Origin: Hyperthermus butylicus DSM 5456
Lineage (GTDB): Archaea > Thermoproteota > Thermoprotei_A > Sulfolobales > Pyrodictiaceae
Direction of reading: 5' to 3'
DNA length: 32,000 nucleotides
Assembly (NCBI RefSeq): GCF_000015145.1
Contig: NC_008818.1
Location: forward strand, 1,200,001-1,232,000
A program made the position numbers and the translations under genes. Under the pieces are notes generated by a model that searched no databases, was not told the origin of the DNA, and worked only from the letters and a program-made list of their open reading frames with translations. This document shows, one piece after another, positions 18,063 through 25,825 of the stretch (within the stretch, counting starts at the first letter, position 1; every line of letters starts with the position of its first letter).

Positions 18063-18545
18063 ATGATATTTAAGCGACGGAGACAAGTATCGCCGCGTGT
18101 AAAGCTGCTAGAGCTAGCAGTCGCCACAAGATATGCTGTTTCCAGGTTGGGGCTGCAAGCTGCAAGGCTTAGAGCAGCATATCAGCGGACACGGGACAAG
18201 ACACTGCTGAAAATGCTCGAGAACATCGTTAGGCTTCAGGCTGTATTGGAGGTCTTGTCTGTTAGACTTGAGACACTAGCACAAATAGGCACCATATCCT
18301 CGGAGGATCTGTACACGGTGAAGCAGATAATTGCTGATCTTAAATCAGCTTATGGCGACATAGCACCAGGCATATCCAGCATGCTTGCCGACCTAGAGAA
18401 TACTGTTACCTCAATAGCTTCCCTCACAGGCCTAGAGATCCTTACCACGGGGGTAACAGTGGCTGACGAGAATGCTAGACGGATACTAGAGGAGGCTGAG
18501 CTTATAGCTAGGCAGAGGCTTGAGGAACTGATGAGACAGACATAG
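18063..18545 (+). CDS. All-helical protein with ESCRT-III/CdvB-like sequence pattern (160 aa)
   Basis: A basic N-terminus (KRRRQ) is followed by long amphipathic helices. The segment LSVRLETLAQIGTISSEDLYTVKQIIADLKSAYGDIAPGISSMLADLENTV resembles the RLET...G...P-E/G-I/L core I recall from crenarchaeal CdvB paralogs, and the C-terminal helix is acidic. This is pattern recognition only. Confidence 0.45.
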   Translation: MIFKRRRQVSPRVKLLELAVATRYAVSRLGLQAARLRAAYQRTRDKTLLKMLENIVRLQAVLEVLSVRLETLAQIGTISSEDLYTVKQIIADLKSAYGDIAPGISSMLADLENTVTSIASLTGLEILTTGVTVADENARRILEEAELIARQRLEELMRQT

Positions 18546-18546
18546 G

Positions 18547-18804
18547 GTGAAAGCGTTGAAACTCACAATAATATATCACTACCGGGATACGGGTCTCGTC
18601 CGCATAACACACTATGGAGAAGACGGCCGCAAGATAGCCGAAGAAGAATATAGGGACGTTAAAACGCTAGTTGTGAAGACTCCAGTCCTGCTCCCCCGGG
18701 GGATGCATCACGCTATAACAGCATACGTCATAGAGGGGGGAGCCCGCATAATAGCTAGGGATGGCATATTGATAGTCGAGGGTGGGGACGGGGAGGCTGG
18801 ATGA
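18547..18804 (+). CDS. Hypothetical small protein (85 aa), beta-rich
   Basis: GTG 18547 lies 1 nt after the upstream stop. The composition is protein-like and no motif is recognised. Confidence 0.5.
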   Translation: MKALKLTIIYHYRDTGLVRITHYGEDGRKIAEEEYRDVKTLVVKTPVLLPRGMHHAITAYVIEGGARIIARDGILIVEGGDGEAG

Positions 18805-19199
18805 TCAACGTAAAGATAGAGATGAGTAAGAGCCGTACAGGGAGGCATGCAGCTCGCAGCCTGGCGCTACTCGTCTCCGAGGAGGGCGATATTGTAGAGG
18901 CTAAGCCTAGGAGGATAGCTGAGACTAAACCGCTTTACAGCAGGGGGCGCGCCTACATAGCATCTATTGACGTGCCGGAAGGCTGGTACCTGGTCTACGT
19001 ATATCTCGTGAAGAATCTTAGGGGTCACGTTAAGGGTTATATTGAGGTCTATTCCAGGGATGCCGAGCTACTCTACCGCGCAGTGTACCGGAAGTTAAAG
19101 CTCAGGTTTAGCAAGGGGGACCCGCACTATGCTTGGATTGTTAGACGGGTAGCCGAGTACCTTAAGCTGCCAGTCAAAAACTATAATCTAGAGCCGTAG
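18801..19199 (+). CDS. Hypothetical protein (132 aa)
   Basis: ATGA overlap with the upstream gene (18801-18804). Basic and aromatic-rich (WYLVYVYLVKNLRGHVKGYIEVY). No motif recognised. Confidence 0.55.
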   Translation: MINVKIEMSKSRTGRHAARSLALLVSEEGDIVEAKPRRIAETKPLYSRGRAYIASIDVPEGWYLVYVYLVKNLRGHVKGYIEVYSRDAELLYRAVYRKLKLRFSKGDPHYAWIVRRVAEYLKLPVKNYNLEP

Positions 19200-19212
19200 G
19201 AGTAGAGAATGG

Positions 19213-19602
19213 GTGGCCGATGACCGGGGCTCAGAGGCTTACCCTCTGCGGGGATGTAGACTTCACGGACCGGGGGAGGCCGTACATCACTTGGCACAGG
19301 CTAGGAGAAGGCTTTTGGAGCGTAAGCTTAAGGAGATGCTCCTAGAGCAAGCGAAGAGAGCTGGTATAAGTCCAGAGCAGCTTGCCGAGTGGCTCTACGA
19401 GTCTGCCGGTATACGGGTTAAAGCTACGTGGCATGATGTCGAGAGGGAGGTTCTACGATCAGACGAGGTTTCAGCACAGGAGCTTGCGGCCTACCTGCTC
19501 TCCGAGGGTGTTGAGGTAGATGAGAGTAAGTGGCTCGATATACTTAGGCAGCATGGCTTGTCAAAGAGCATCCCACGCCTACCTCGGGAAGGTGAAAAGT
19601 AG
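19213..19602 (+). CDS. Hypothetical helical protein (start uncertain: GTG 19213 or ATG 19336)
   Basis: The C-terminal 88 codons (MLLEQAKRAGISPEQLAEWLYES...) look genuinely coding. The first ~40 codons are R/G/H-rich and overlap an alternative-frame 41-codon ORF (19220-19345). Confidence 0.45.
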   Translation: MADDRGSEAYPLRGCRLHGPGEAVHHLAQARRRLLERKLKEMLLEQAKRAGISPEQLAEWLYESAGIRVKATWHDVEREVLRSDEVSAQELAAYLLSEGVEVDESKWLDILRQHGLSKSIPRLPREGEK

Positions 19603-19605
19603 GCC

Positions 19606-20184
19606 TTGTGCGAGTCTCTAAGGCATCTAGAACGCTTGCCTTGTGGCAAGCTGCGCGACTGTATAGATATGCTTGCAATACTGTTTGCAGCTTCCAATCT
19701 AGGCCCCATAGGTAGGCCTAGCCTCTCAACACTCATTGGTATTGGTGAGAAACGCGTACGAAACCTTGTAGCAAAGCTTCGCAGCGCTGGGCTTGTTAAG
19801 GCTTCACGGGCAGGAATTACGTCGGACGGGATGCAAGGAGTGTTGTGCCTCAGTTCTGGGGGCTACACTATAGCCCTTGCAGCATGTAGCAGGGCAGTAG
19901 CCGAGCTGATGCTTCGCAGCATAGTAGCTCTGAGAGATAAGCTTGTAATCCTAACGGGAAGCCCAGCCATACTCGAGGTCATAGGCTACATAGACTCGAA
20001 CGGTGCTACCGTCTTCCCGGGGCTTGGCTTGGAGCTCTCGGAGAAATATGCAAGGCTCGTCAGCGAGATAGGTAGCAGGGAGACCTGCAGGAGCGTAGGT
20101 GGCTGCCTCGTAGCCGTATTCAACTTGCCGGACTGCTATCGCTGCTGTGCAAGTTTCTTACAGGCACTGGCTATGTCCGGGTAG
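19606..20184 (+). CDS. Winged-helix DNA-binding protein with Cys-rich C-terminal domain (wHTH + DUF4443-like architecture, from memory)
   Basis: The N-terminus GPIGRPSLSTLIGIGEKRVRNLVAKLRSAGLV is a typical wHTH recognition unit. The C-terminal ~110 aa domain ends in CYRCC. TTG 19606 lies 3 nt after the upstream stop. Confidence 0.55.
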   Translation: MCESLRHLERLPCGKLRDCIDMLAILFAASNLGPIGRPSLSTLIGIGEKRVRNLVAKLRSAGLVKASRAGITSDGMQGVLCLSSGGYTIALAACSRAVAELMLRSIVALRDKLVILTGSPAILEVIGYIDSNGATVFPGLGLELSEKYARLVSEIGSRETCRSVGGCLVAVFNLPDCYRCCASFLQALAMSG

Positions 20185-20729
20185 TTCTCAGCTATCTCCC
20201 TAACCCTGGAGACCCCGTCTATGTAGTCTATTATCTCTGCGACAGGTTCGGGTACATGTAGACGCCACTCATCAGAGCCAAGAAGCATTAAGCACCTGAT
20301 ATACTCGCCTGACCAGACAGACTTATTGCGTAGCGGTGGCGTAACGGTCTTCACCCCGGCGTCGCGAAACGCCCTGCTTACAGCTGGATTCGCCGTTGCC
20401 ACTGCTTCCACGGGCGGCACGTAGCCGAGAACGAAGCCTGCATTGCCAGCATAGACTGAGAGGGTCTGTATCGTCGCTGTAACTATCCTGGCTAGATTGA
20501 GGCCTGCCCACTCGAGCGCAGCCCTAATCATTAAAAGTCTCTCGCCAGCCGTGAACGGGTTTAGCCAGGTATGGCTTTCATCAGCCATTCCAACGAGTAT
20601 TACGACTTCCTGATACCTCTCGTAGAGCCACTTGACAGCCTCCAGGTGCCCTAGGTGGAATGGCTGGAACCTGCCAAAGAATAGTACACGTCCACGCCCA
20701 AGCCTCCGGTAGGCATTCTGGAACCACAA
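20136..20729 (-). CDS. nadM: Nicotinamide-nucleotide adenylyltransferase, archaeal type
   Basis: GRFQPFHLGHLEAVKWL (nt ~20646-20675) followed by VILVGMADESHT..NPFTAGER. In-frame TTG 20729 gives a family-typical ~198 aa. The 20730-21035 extension is R/S/P-rich and overlaps the divergent gene. Confidence 0.85.
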   Translation of the reverse strand: MWFQNAYRRLGRGRVLFFGRFQPFHLGHLEAVKWLYERYQEVVILVGMADESHTWLNPFTAGERLLMIRAALEWAGLNLARIVTATIQTLSVYAGNAGFVLGYVPPVEAVATANPAVSRAFRDAGVKTVTPPLRNKSVWSGEYIRCLMLLGSDEWRLHVPEPVAEIIDYIDGVSRVREIAENYPDIASACKKLAQQR

Positions 20730-20805
20730 TAGTATGCACCTCTTAGTCCTGCCCGCTAACTTAGAATCCCAGCTCCACGGCCTCTCAGCGCCTCGGGGCA
20801 TAATA

Positions 20806-21948
20806 GTGGCTCGGCTAGTCTGCTTCGTCGTCAACCCTCTAGCCGGTATAGGTGGGCCCCTAGCACTCAGGGGCAGCGATGGCAGTGCAGGGCTAGAAGC
20901 GCTTCGTAGGGGTGCAAGGCTTGTATCCCCTGAGCGTGCTCGCGTCTTTGCTGAGGAGTGCAAGCGTCTACGGCTAGGGGAGAGGATAGTCTTCCTAACA
21001 GCCTCAGGAGTCATGGGAGAGACGCCCCTAAGCAAGGCAGGCTTTGCGTCATACCATGTTGTCTACCATCCGGACAGCTGGCCCACAAACCCCCACGATA
21101 CCATGGAGACGGTTCGGGCCTGCATAGCCCGTGGCGCCGAGATAGTTGTATTCGTTGGAGGTGACGGAACTGCCCGCGACGTAGTGTCCGCACTGCACGA
21201 AGTTGGTGCTGCCAACACACCGATTCTTGGTGTACCCTCCGGTGTCAAGGTCTACAGCTCAGTCTTTGCAGAAAACCCTCGTGCAGCCGCCCATGTACTT
21301 GCCGAATGGCTTGATCACGGCACTACATGTGAAGGCGAAGTAGTGGATATAGATGAGGATGCATTTCGTGCAAACATGCTGAGAGCACGCCTGTACACTA
21401 TAGCAAGGACTCCTTGCAGCCCATTAATGGTTGGGGCTAGCAAACAACCAACACCCTCCACGGAGGAGGAAGAGGAGAATAAGAGAGCTATAGCACGCTA
21501 CCTGGCGGAGAACATGGAGGAATGCACCCTCTACATTCTAGGCCCCGGCACAACAGTCAAGGCTATAGCAGATGAGCTAGGTGTTGAGAAGACCCTGCTG
21601 GGGGTAGACGTAGTACACAACCGTAGGCTTGTAGCCGCAGATGTTGACGAGAAAACACTTTACAACATTGTGGCCAGGCACCTAGAAGGAGGCGGCAGGG
21701 TAAAGATAGTCGTGACACCTATTGGAGGGCAGGGCTACATCTTTGGAAGAGGTAACCAGCAGATATCGCCCAGGATACTGAGGCTCGTAGGCCGAGACAA
21801 CATTATAGTAGTTGCAACAAAATCTAAACTCTCAAAGCTGAAACGGTTAAGAGTCGATACGGGAGATGAAAAGGTTGACGAGATGCTTAGAGGCTATATA
21901 CGTGTCGTAACAGACTACGGCGAAGAGACCGTGGTGCGTGTAGAGTAG
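20806..21948 (+). CDS. ATP-NAD kinase/diacylglycerol-kinase-fold protein (COG3199-type putative NAD kinase)
   Basis: N-terminus FVVNPLAGIGG, VFVGGDGTARDV (GGDGT at nt 21157-21171) and PSGVKVYS. GTG 20806 is preferred because the product then starts directly at the conserved N-terminal segment (MARLVCFVVNPLAG). Confidence 0.65.
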   Translation: MARLVCFVVNPLAGIGGPLALRGSDGSAGLEALRRGARLVSPERARVFAEECKRLRLGERIVFLTASGVMGETPLSKAGFASYHVVYHPDSWPTNPHDTMETVRACIARGAEIVVFVGGDGTARDVVSALHEVGAANTPILGVPSGVKVYSSVFAENPRAAAHVLAEWLDHGTTCEGEVVDIDEDAFRANMLRARLYTIARTPCSPLMVGASKQPTPSTEEEEENKRAIARYLAENMEECTLYILGPGTTVKAIADELGVEKTLLGVDVVHNRRLVAADVDEKTLYNIVARHLEGGGRVKIVVTPIGGQGYIFGRGNQQISPRILRLVGRDNIIVVATKSKLSKLKRLRVDTGDEKVDEMLRGYIRVVTDYGEETVVRVE

Positions 21949-21985
21949 AATATAGCAATCCACACCCTCCGAGGGGGATTTGGAG

Positions 21986-22585
21986 ATGTACGTGTTTCGG
22001 GATGAACCCATATACATGGAGGAGTGGAAAGCCCTACTGATAGCATCGCTAGCCATTGCCTTTGGATTTGTAGGCTTCAACGTAGTAGGCGTAATAGCTA
22101 ATCCAGTTAGCTATGCTGGCGGTGTACTAGCTGGAGCCATTATCGGTGTTGTACTCCACGAGCTAGCCCATGCATGGATGGGGCGTAGGGAGGGATGCGT
22201 TGCCCACTTCGTACTGTCAAGGATAGGGCTTAGCCTCACACTATTCTTCGGGCTGCTCAGAACCCTCAACATACCATTCGTAATATTAGCACCCGGCTAT
22301 GTCTCACTATACTGTAGAACCTTTGCACGCGACGACTACGTAGCAGCAGCTGGACCCATGACGAACATTGTCCTAGCGGTAATTGGTAGGGCAGCTGAAC
22401 GGCTGGCAGCAAGCACGAGCTATGGTGCCTACGTATTCGCTGCTGGATTCACCGATGTAAACGCATGGATAGCACTATTCAATCTACTACCCTTCATACC
22501 ACTCGACGGCTCAAAGATAATGAGGAGAAATCTCATAGCATGGCTAGCAATGCTGGTCCTTGCAATAGTCCTCGCCTACCTATAA
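21986..22585 (+). CDS. Site-2 protease family (M50) membrane metalloprotease
   Basis: HELAHAW (nt 22157-22171), NLLPFIPLDGSKI (the second metal-ligand motif) and multiple TM helices. Confidence 0.75.
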   Translation: MYVFRDEPIYMEEWKALLIASLAIAFGFVGFNVVGVIANPVSYAGGVLAGAIIGVVLHELAHAWMGRREGCVAHFVLSRIGLSLTLFFGLLRTLNIPFVILAPGYVSLYCRTFARDDYVAAAGPMTNIVLAVIGRAAERLAASTSYGAYVFAAGFTDVNAWIALFNLLPFIPLDGSKIMRRNLIAWLAMLVLAIVLAYL

Positions 22586-22615
22586 GGAGGGATAGAAACT
22601 GAGCCGTGAAGCTGG

Positions 22616-23356
22616 CTACTCTAACAATGTGTAGTAGACCCTCTTCCTCCTCCTACCCCGGCTTTCCAGCTTCACAATCTTTATCCCAGGTATCTCACAA
22701 GTATTCCTCACGTGTGGACCGCCATCAGCTTGTATATCTACGCCAGGTATTTCGACTATTCTCAGCTTCTCAACATCTGGTGGAAGTTTATCAGCCAGTT
22801 TGACTATCCCGGGTATGCGTAGGGCTTCCTCCCTCGGCAACCAATAGACTTTAACCTCAATACACCTTCTAATGATCTGGTTAGCCTCCTCTACTGCTTG
22901 ACGGACAGCAGACTTCCAATCATCAACATTTATCTCGAGATCATCCCTAGCCGTCTCCGGCGTTATATGGCCACCAGTAACTCTTGCACCGTACTTGTTG
23001 TAGAGTACTGCTAGTAGTATATGGCTGGCCGTGTGCAGCTTCATCATCTGGTACCTACGCTCCCAGTCAATAACGCCATGGACACGCATTCCCGGATGCA
23101 GCTTGGACAAGTCACCATCAACAATATGTGCTACATCGCCTTCACGCATTACGACATCTACTACACGCAGCTCTGAGCCGTCAGGTAGTATTAGAATGCC
23201 ATGATCAGCGTCAAGGCCTCCTGAGGGCCTGGGATGAAATGCTGTAGCCTCGAGAAATACTGCATTTCCTTCTACACGGGTCACTATGGCATCAAACTCT
23301 TTGAGGTAGCTATCCTCTTGAAAGAGAAGCTTTGCTGGCAAAACGGGGACACCCAT
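22616..23356 (-). CDS. alaX: Alanyl-tRNA editing protein AlaX (AlaRS-like editing domain)
   Basis: MKLHTASHILLAVL (the HxxxH zinc motif), GGPHVRNT, and an N-terminal beta-barrel-like segment as in AlaX-M proteins. Confidence 0.8.
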   Translation of the reverse strand: MGVPVLPAKLLFQEDSYLKEFDAIVTRVEGNAVFLEATAFHPRPSGGLDADHGILILPDGSELRVVDVVMREGDVAHIVDGDLSKLHPGMRVHGVIDWERRYQMMKLHTASHILLAVLYNKYGARVTGGHITPETARDDLEINVDDWKSAVRQAVEEANQIIRRCIEVKVYWLPREEALRIPGIVKLADKLPPDVEKLRIVEIPGVDIQADGGPHVRNTCEIPGIKIVKLESRGRRRKRVYYTLLE

Positions 23357-23566
23357 AGTGTGGACCTGGACTCAGGGTAAAAAAGACTCATTATCAGCTG
23401 TTTAGCTTTAGGATTAGACCATGCTACCAGTTGCAGCCGATCAGGGCTTGGCTGTTCTCACAACCTCAGCAAGGAACCGCGTAAAGCTGTGATGTTGCAG
23501 CTTTGATGCGATCTCTCTTGGAGACTTGACATAGGGGATGTCTAGTATATAAAGGGGCTTGGATAG

Positions 23567-24316
23567 TTATGCTAGCACCTTATCAGTCTTAAGCATGACT
23601 AGCCCACTGACTATCTCTGAAACCTTACGCAGCTTGTCACCATCAAACACTATTGCTCTACCCGGAGCTACTACAATGAAATAGTCAACCCTGCCTTCGA
23701 GCCCGGCAAATGGTACTACGGCGTTGTTAAACGACTCTATTACAACTACATCATAGCTTCTATCGAGAATAGTTAGACAGGCTGCAAGGTTCTCAGCAGC
23801 ACTAGCTGTTGACAGTTTTTCAACAAGCCTACTCGCCGATATAGGTGTAGCACCTGTAGCCTTCACCAGTTCCTCAACAATTTTCCTAAAACTCGGCCCC
23901 AACCTCTCAACGTTCTCCGGAACGTAGTAATGAACTGCGCTCCCTTCCGCACAGCTAGAGAATCTGGCAAGAACAACCATACCCTCAATGCTCGATATCC
24001 TCGCTAGGTACTGGGCAACCCCACTAAAGAGTAAGGGGTCAGGATATGCAAGCATTAGGCTTACAGGGTTTACAAGGTGTATATTGCTATCACCAAGCTG
24101 TTCAATGTAAATTAGCGCATCGTTACCAGCTAGAATCCCGTGTCTTAGCGAGGACTCCACCGGATCCCATGAAGACCAGATGTTGTAGGCTGCTACCGGC
24201 TTGTATGCCATGACCCTAGCTCCAAGCGTCCTGAGCGCCGTAGCTAGTCCTACTGTAAACCACGTCTTTCCCGACTCTAGCTCGAGGAGACCAGAGACAA
24301 GTAGCTTTATAGCCAT
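23567..24316 (-). CDS. Dethiobiotin-synthase-like (BioD/CobQ-N fold) P-loop protein with atypical Walker A
   Basis: LLVSGLLELESGKTWFTVGLATALRTLGARVMAYKPVAA parallels GTDTxVGKT...G...KPV. VNPVSL...YPDP and DVVVIESFNNAVVPF parallel NPY...sP and vlvEGaGG. No other bio genes are nearby. Confidence 0.4.
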   Translation of the reverse strand: MAIKLLVSGLLELESGKTWFTVGLATALRTLGARVMAYKPVAAYNIWSSWDPVESSLRHGILAGNDALIYIEQLGDSNIHLVNPVSLMLAYPDPLLFSGVAQYLARISSIEGMVVLARFSSCAEGSAVHYYVPENVERLGPSFRKIVEELVKATGATPISASRLVEKLSTASAAENLAACLTILDRSYDVVVIESFNNAVVPFAGLEGRVDYFIVVAPGRAIVFDGDKLRKVSEIVSGLVMLKTDKVLA

Positions 24317-24414
24317 CCTGCAGCCTGCCCCAGGCTTATCGTACTGTTGAGGTATTATTGTCTCGGCGGTGTAAGAGTTACGCCCATACCTGGAATAGTA
24401 CGAGTAGGGGTGTA

Positions 24415-25191
24415 ATGAGCAGCCAATATGGCTGGAGTGATAGGGCTAGCTGGCATGAGGAAGTTGCAGAGACTAGTGGGCAGGAGAGGCGGCAGGGCCC
24501 CCGGAGCAGGATTGTCGAGGCAATAGCTGTTCTCCTCCTAGCTAGGCCGATGAGAGCTGCTGAGATAGCACAAGTACTGGGTAAGCCTACACGCTATGTT
24601 AGCAGCTACCTCAGCTATTGGCGTACACGAGGCCTCTTCGAGTACGAGAATGGATTCTGGACGCTAACCGAGAAGGGTGAAGAGTTCGCCAGAAGCATCC
24701 TTGAGCGCGAAATGAACTCCAGGGTTGCACAGTATGCTGCTCTTGCACGCCAGATACTGGAGCAGGAACAAGTCAGCTCGACAATAAACAACAATACAAG
24801 CACTGGACCGAGGCTACTCTCAGGCAGAATCCAGCCATTCATTGCCGCCTATACTGGTAAAACCGGCAAGAAACGACGAAAGCAGGGACTACCCAGATCA
24901 GCATGTATCCAGGCAATTCTCGCCGACCTGGAGATAGACGAGGAGGAAAGAGCCATTCTGGAGCATATGCTCAATCACTATCTACAATGGGGTACCTCGT
25001 ACACCTACCTGGACCAGCTCGAGCACGATCTCGAAGCTGACAGAGTTTGGCTACTAACAGTGTTACGCCGTCTGCAGACAAAGGGAATCATGTACATATA
25101 CAATGACCGGCGCCTTGGTATCAGAGTGGGGCTCTCCAAGAGGCTCAAAGAATTCGTCATTGCAACGTGCCAGCCCAGCTCTCAAGTATAG
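24415..25191 (+). CDS. Putative transcription regulator with two winged-helix domains
   Basis: The N-terminal wHTH reads RPMRAAEIAQVLGKPTRYVSSYLSYWRTRGLF. A basic linker (KTGKKRRKQG) precedes a second wHTH-like unit, WLLTVLRRLQTKGIMYIY. ATG 24415 is preferred over TTG 24358. Confidence 0.5.
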   Translation: MSSQYGWSDRASWHEEVAETSGQERRQGPRSRIVEAIAVLLLARPMRAAEIAQVLGKPTRYVSSYLSYWRTRGLFEYENGFWTLTEKGEEFARSILEREMNSRVAQYAALARQILEQEQVSSTINNNTSTGPRLLSGRIQPFIAAYTGKTGKKRRKQGLPRSACIQAILADLEIDEEERAILEHMLNHYLQWGTSYTYLDQLEHDLEADRVWLLTVLRRLQTKGIMYIYNDRRLGIRVGLSKRLKEFVIATCQPSSQV

Positions 25192-25467
25192 CTACCACCC
25201 CTATGCTTCGTCTGGAGAATGGGTATTCTTGCTCCGGGAATACCTAGCCAGAGCTAAACATAGCCTTTCACCATCAAGTTTATACAAACAGGCAAAAATA
25301 CTCGGTGATGCATGGTATCTATACTCGCTGGCTAAGTAATACTGAGATGAGGCTCTGGGGTAGTGAAGATAAAAGGGGGGATGAAGCTTAGGTGAGAACC
25401 TCCTCGCTTTGCCGGAGTAGTTGTGGTAGTCTATACTTGTATCCAGCCGCGGCATGCTCGTCATCTA

Positions 25468-25677
25468 CTATAGCCCGAAGGCTCGTCTCCGGTTCCTTAG
25501 CTTGACCTCCCAGTAGAGCTGCCTTGCTGCTGGATTGCTTGCAGGTGCCTCCAATATCTTTCCATTTGCTAGCTTTAGTAGAAGCTTGTCTCCTTGTATC
25601 CATACATCCTCGATCATGTCAAGTGAAGGATACTTCGCCTTGCCTTGTTGGTCATCCAAAAGTAGGCTTTCAGTCAT
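25468..25677 (-). CDS. Small hypothetical protein (69 aa), DUF2442-like beta pattern
   Basis: An ATG with an A/T-rich box (AAAATATAGG on the minus strand, ~25713-25722) about 40 nt upstream. IEDVWIQGDKLLLKLANGKILEAP resembles small beta-rich DUF2442-type proteins, which is a weak resemblance. Confidence 0.35.
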   Translation of the reverse strand: MTESLLLDDQQGKAKYPSLDMIEDVWIQGDKLLLKLANGKILEAPASNPAARQLYWEVKLRNRRRAFGL

Positions 25678-25825
25678 AGCGTTTTGGGCACCTGCCAGTA
25701 TTATCTAGATAGGGTCTACCTATATTTTGGTGTTTCGGAGGGTAAAATACTTGGGTTGTGAGGAGGCCATTTTGTGCTGATGCTTGTGTGATGAGTGGAG
25801 ACCTCGCCGAACCCACCATTAGCGA

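Noticed and set aside
20730-21035. The 5' extension of the NMNAT ORF (to 21035) and the 5' extension of the kinase-like ORF (20734-20805), which overlap each other
   Set aside because: The extension products are R/S/P/A-rich with no homology pattern. The conserved N-terminal motifs of both families begin right after the internal TTG 20729 and GTG 20806.
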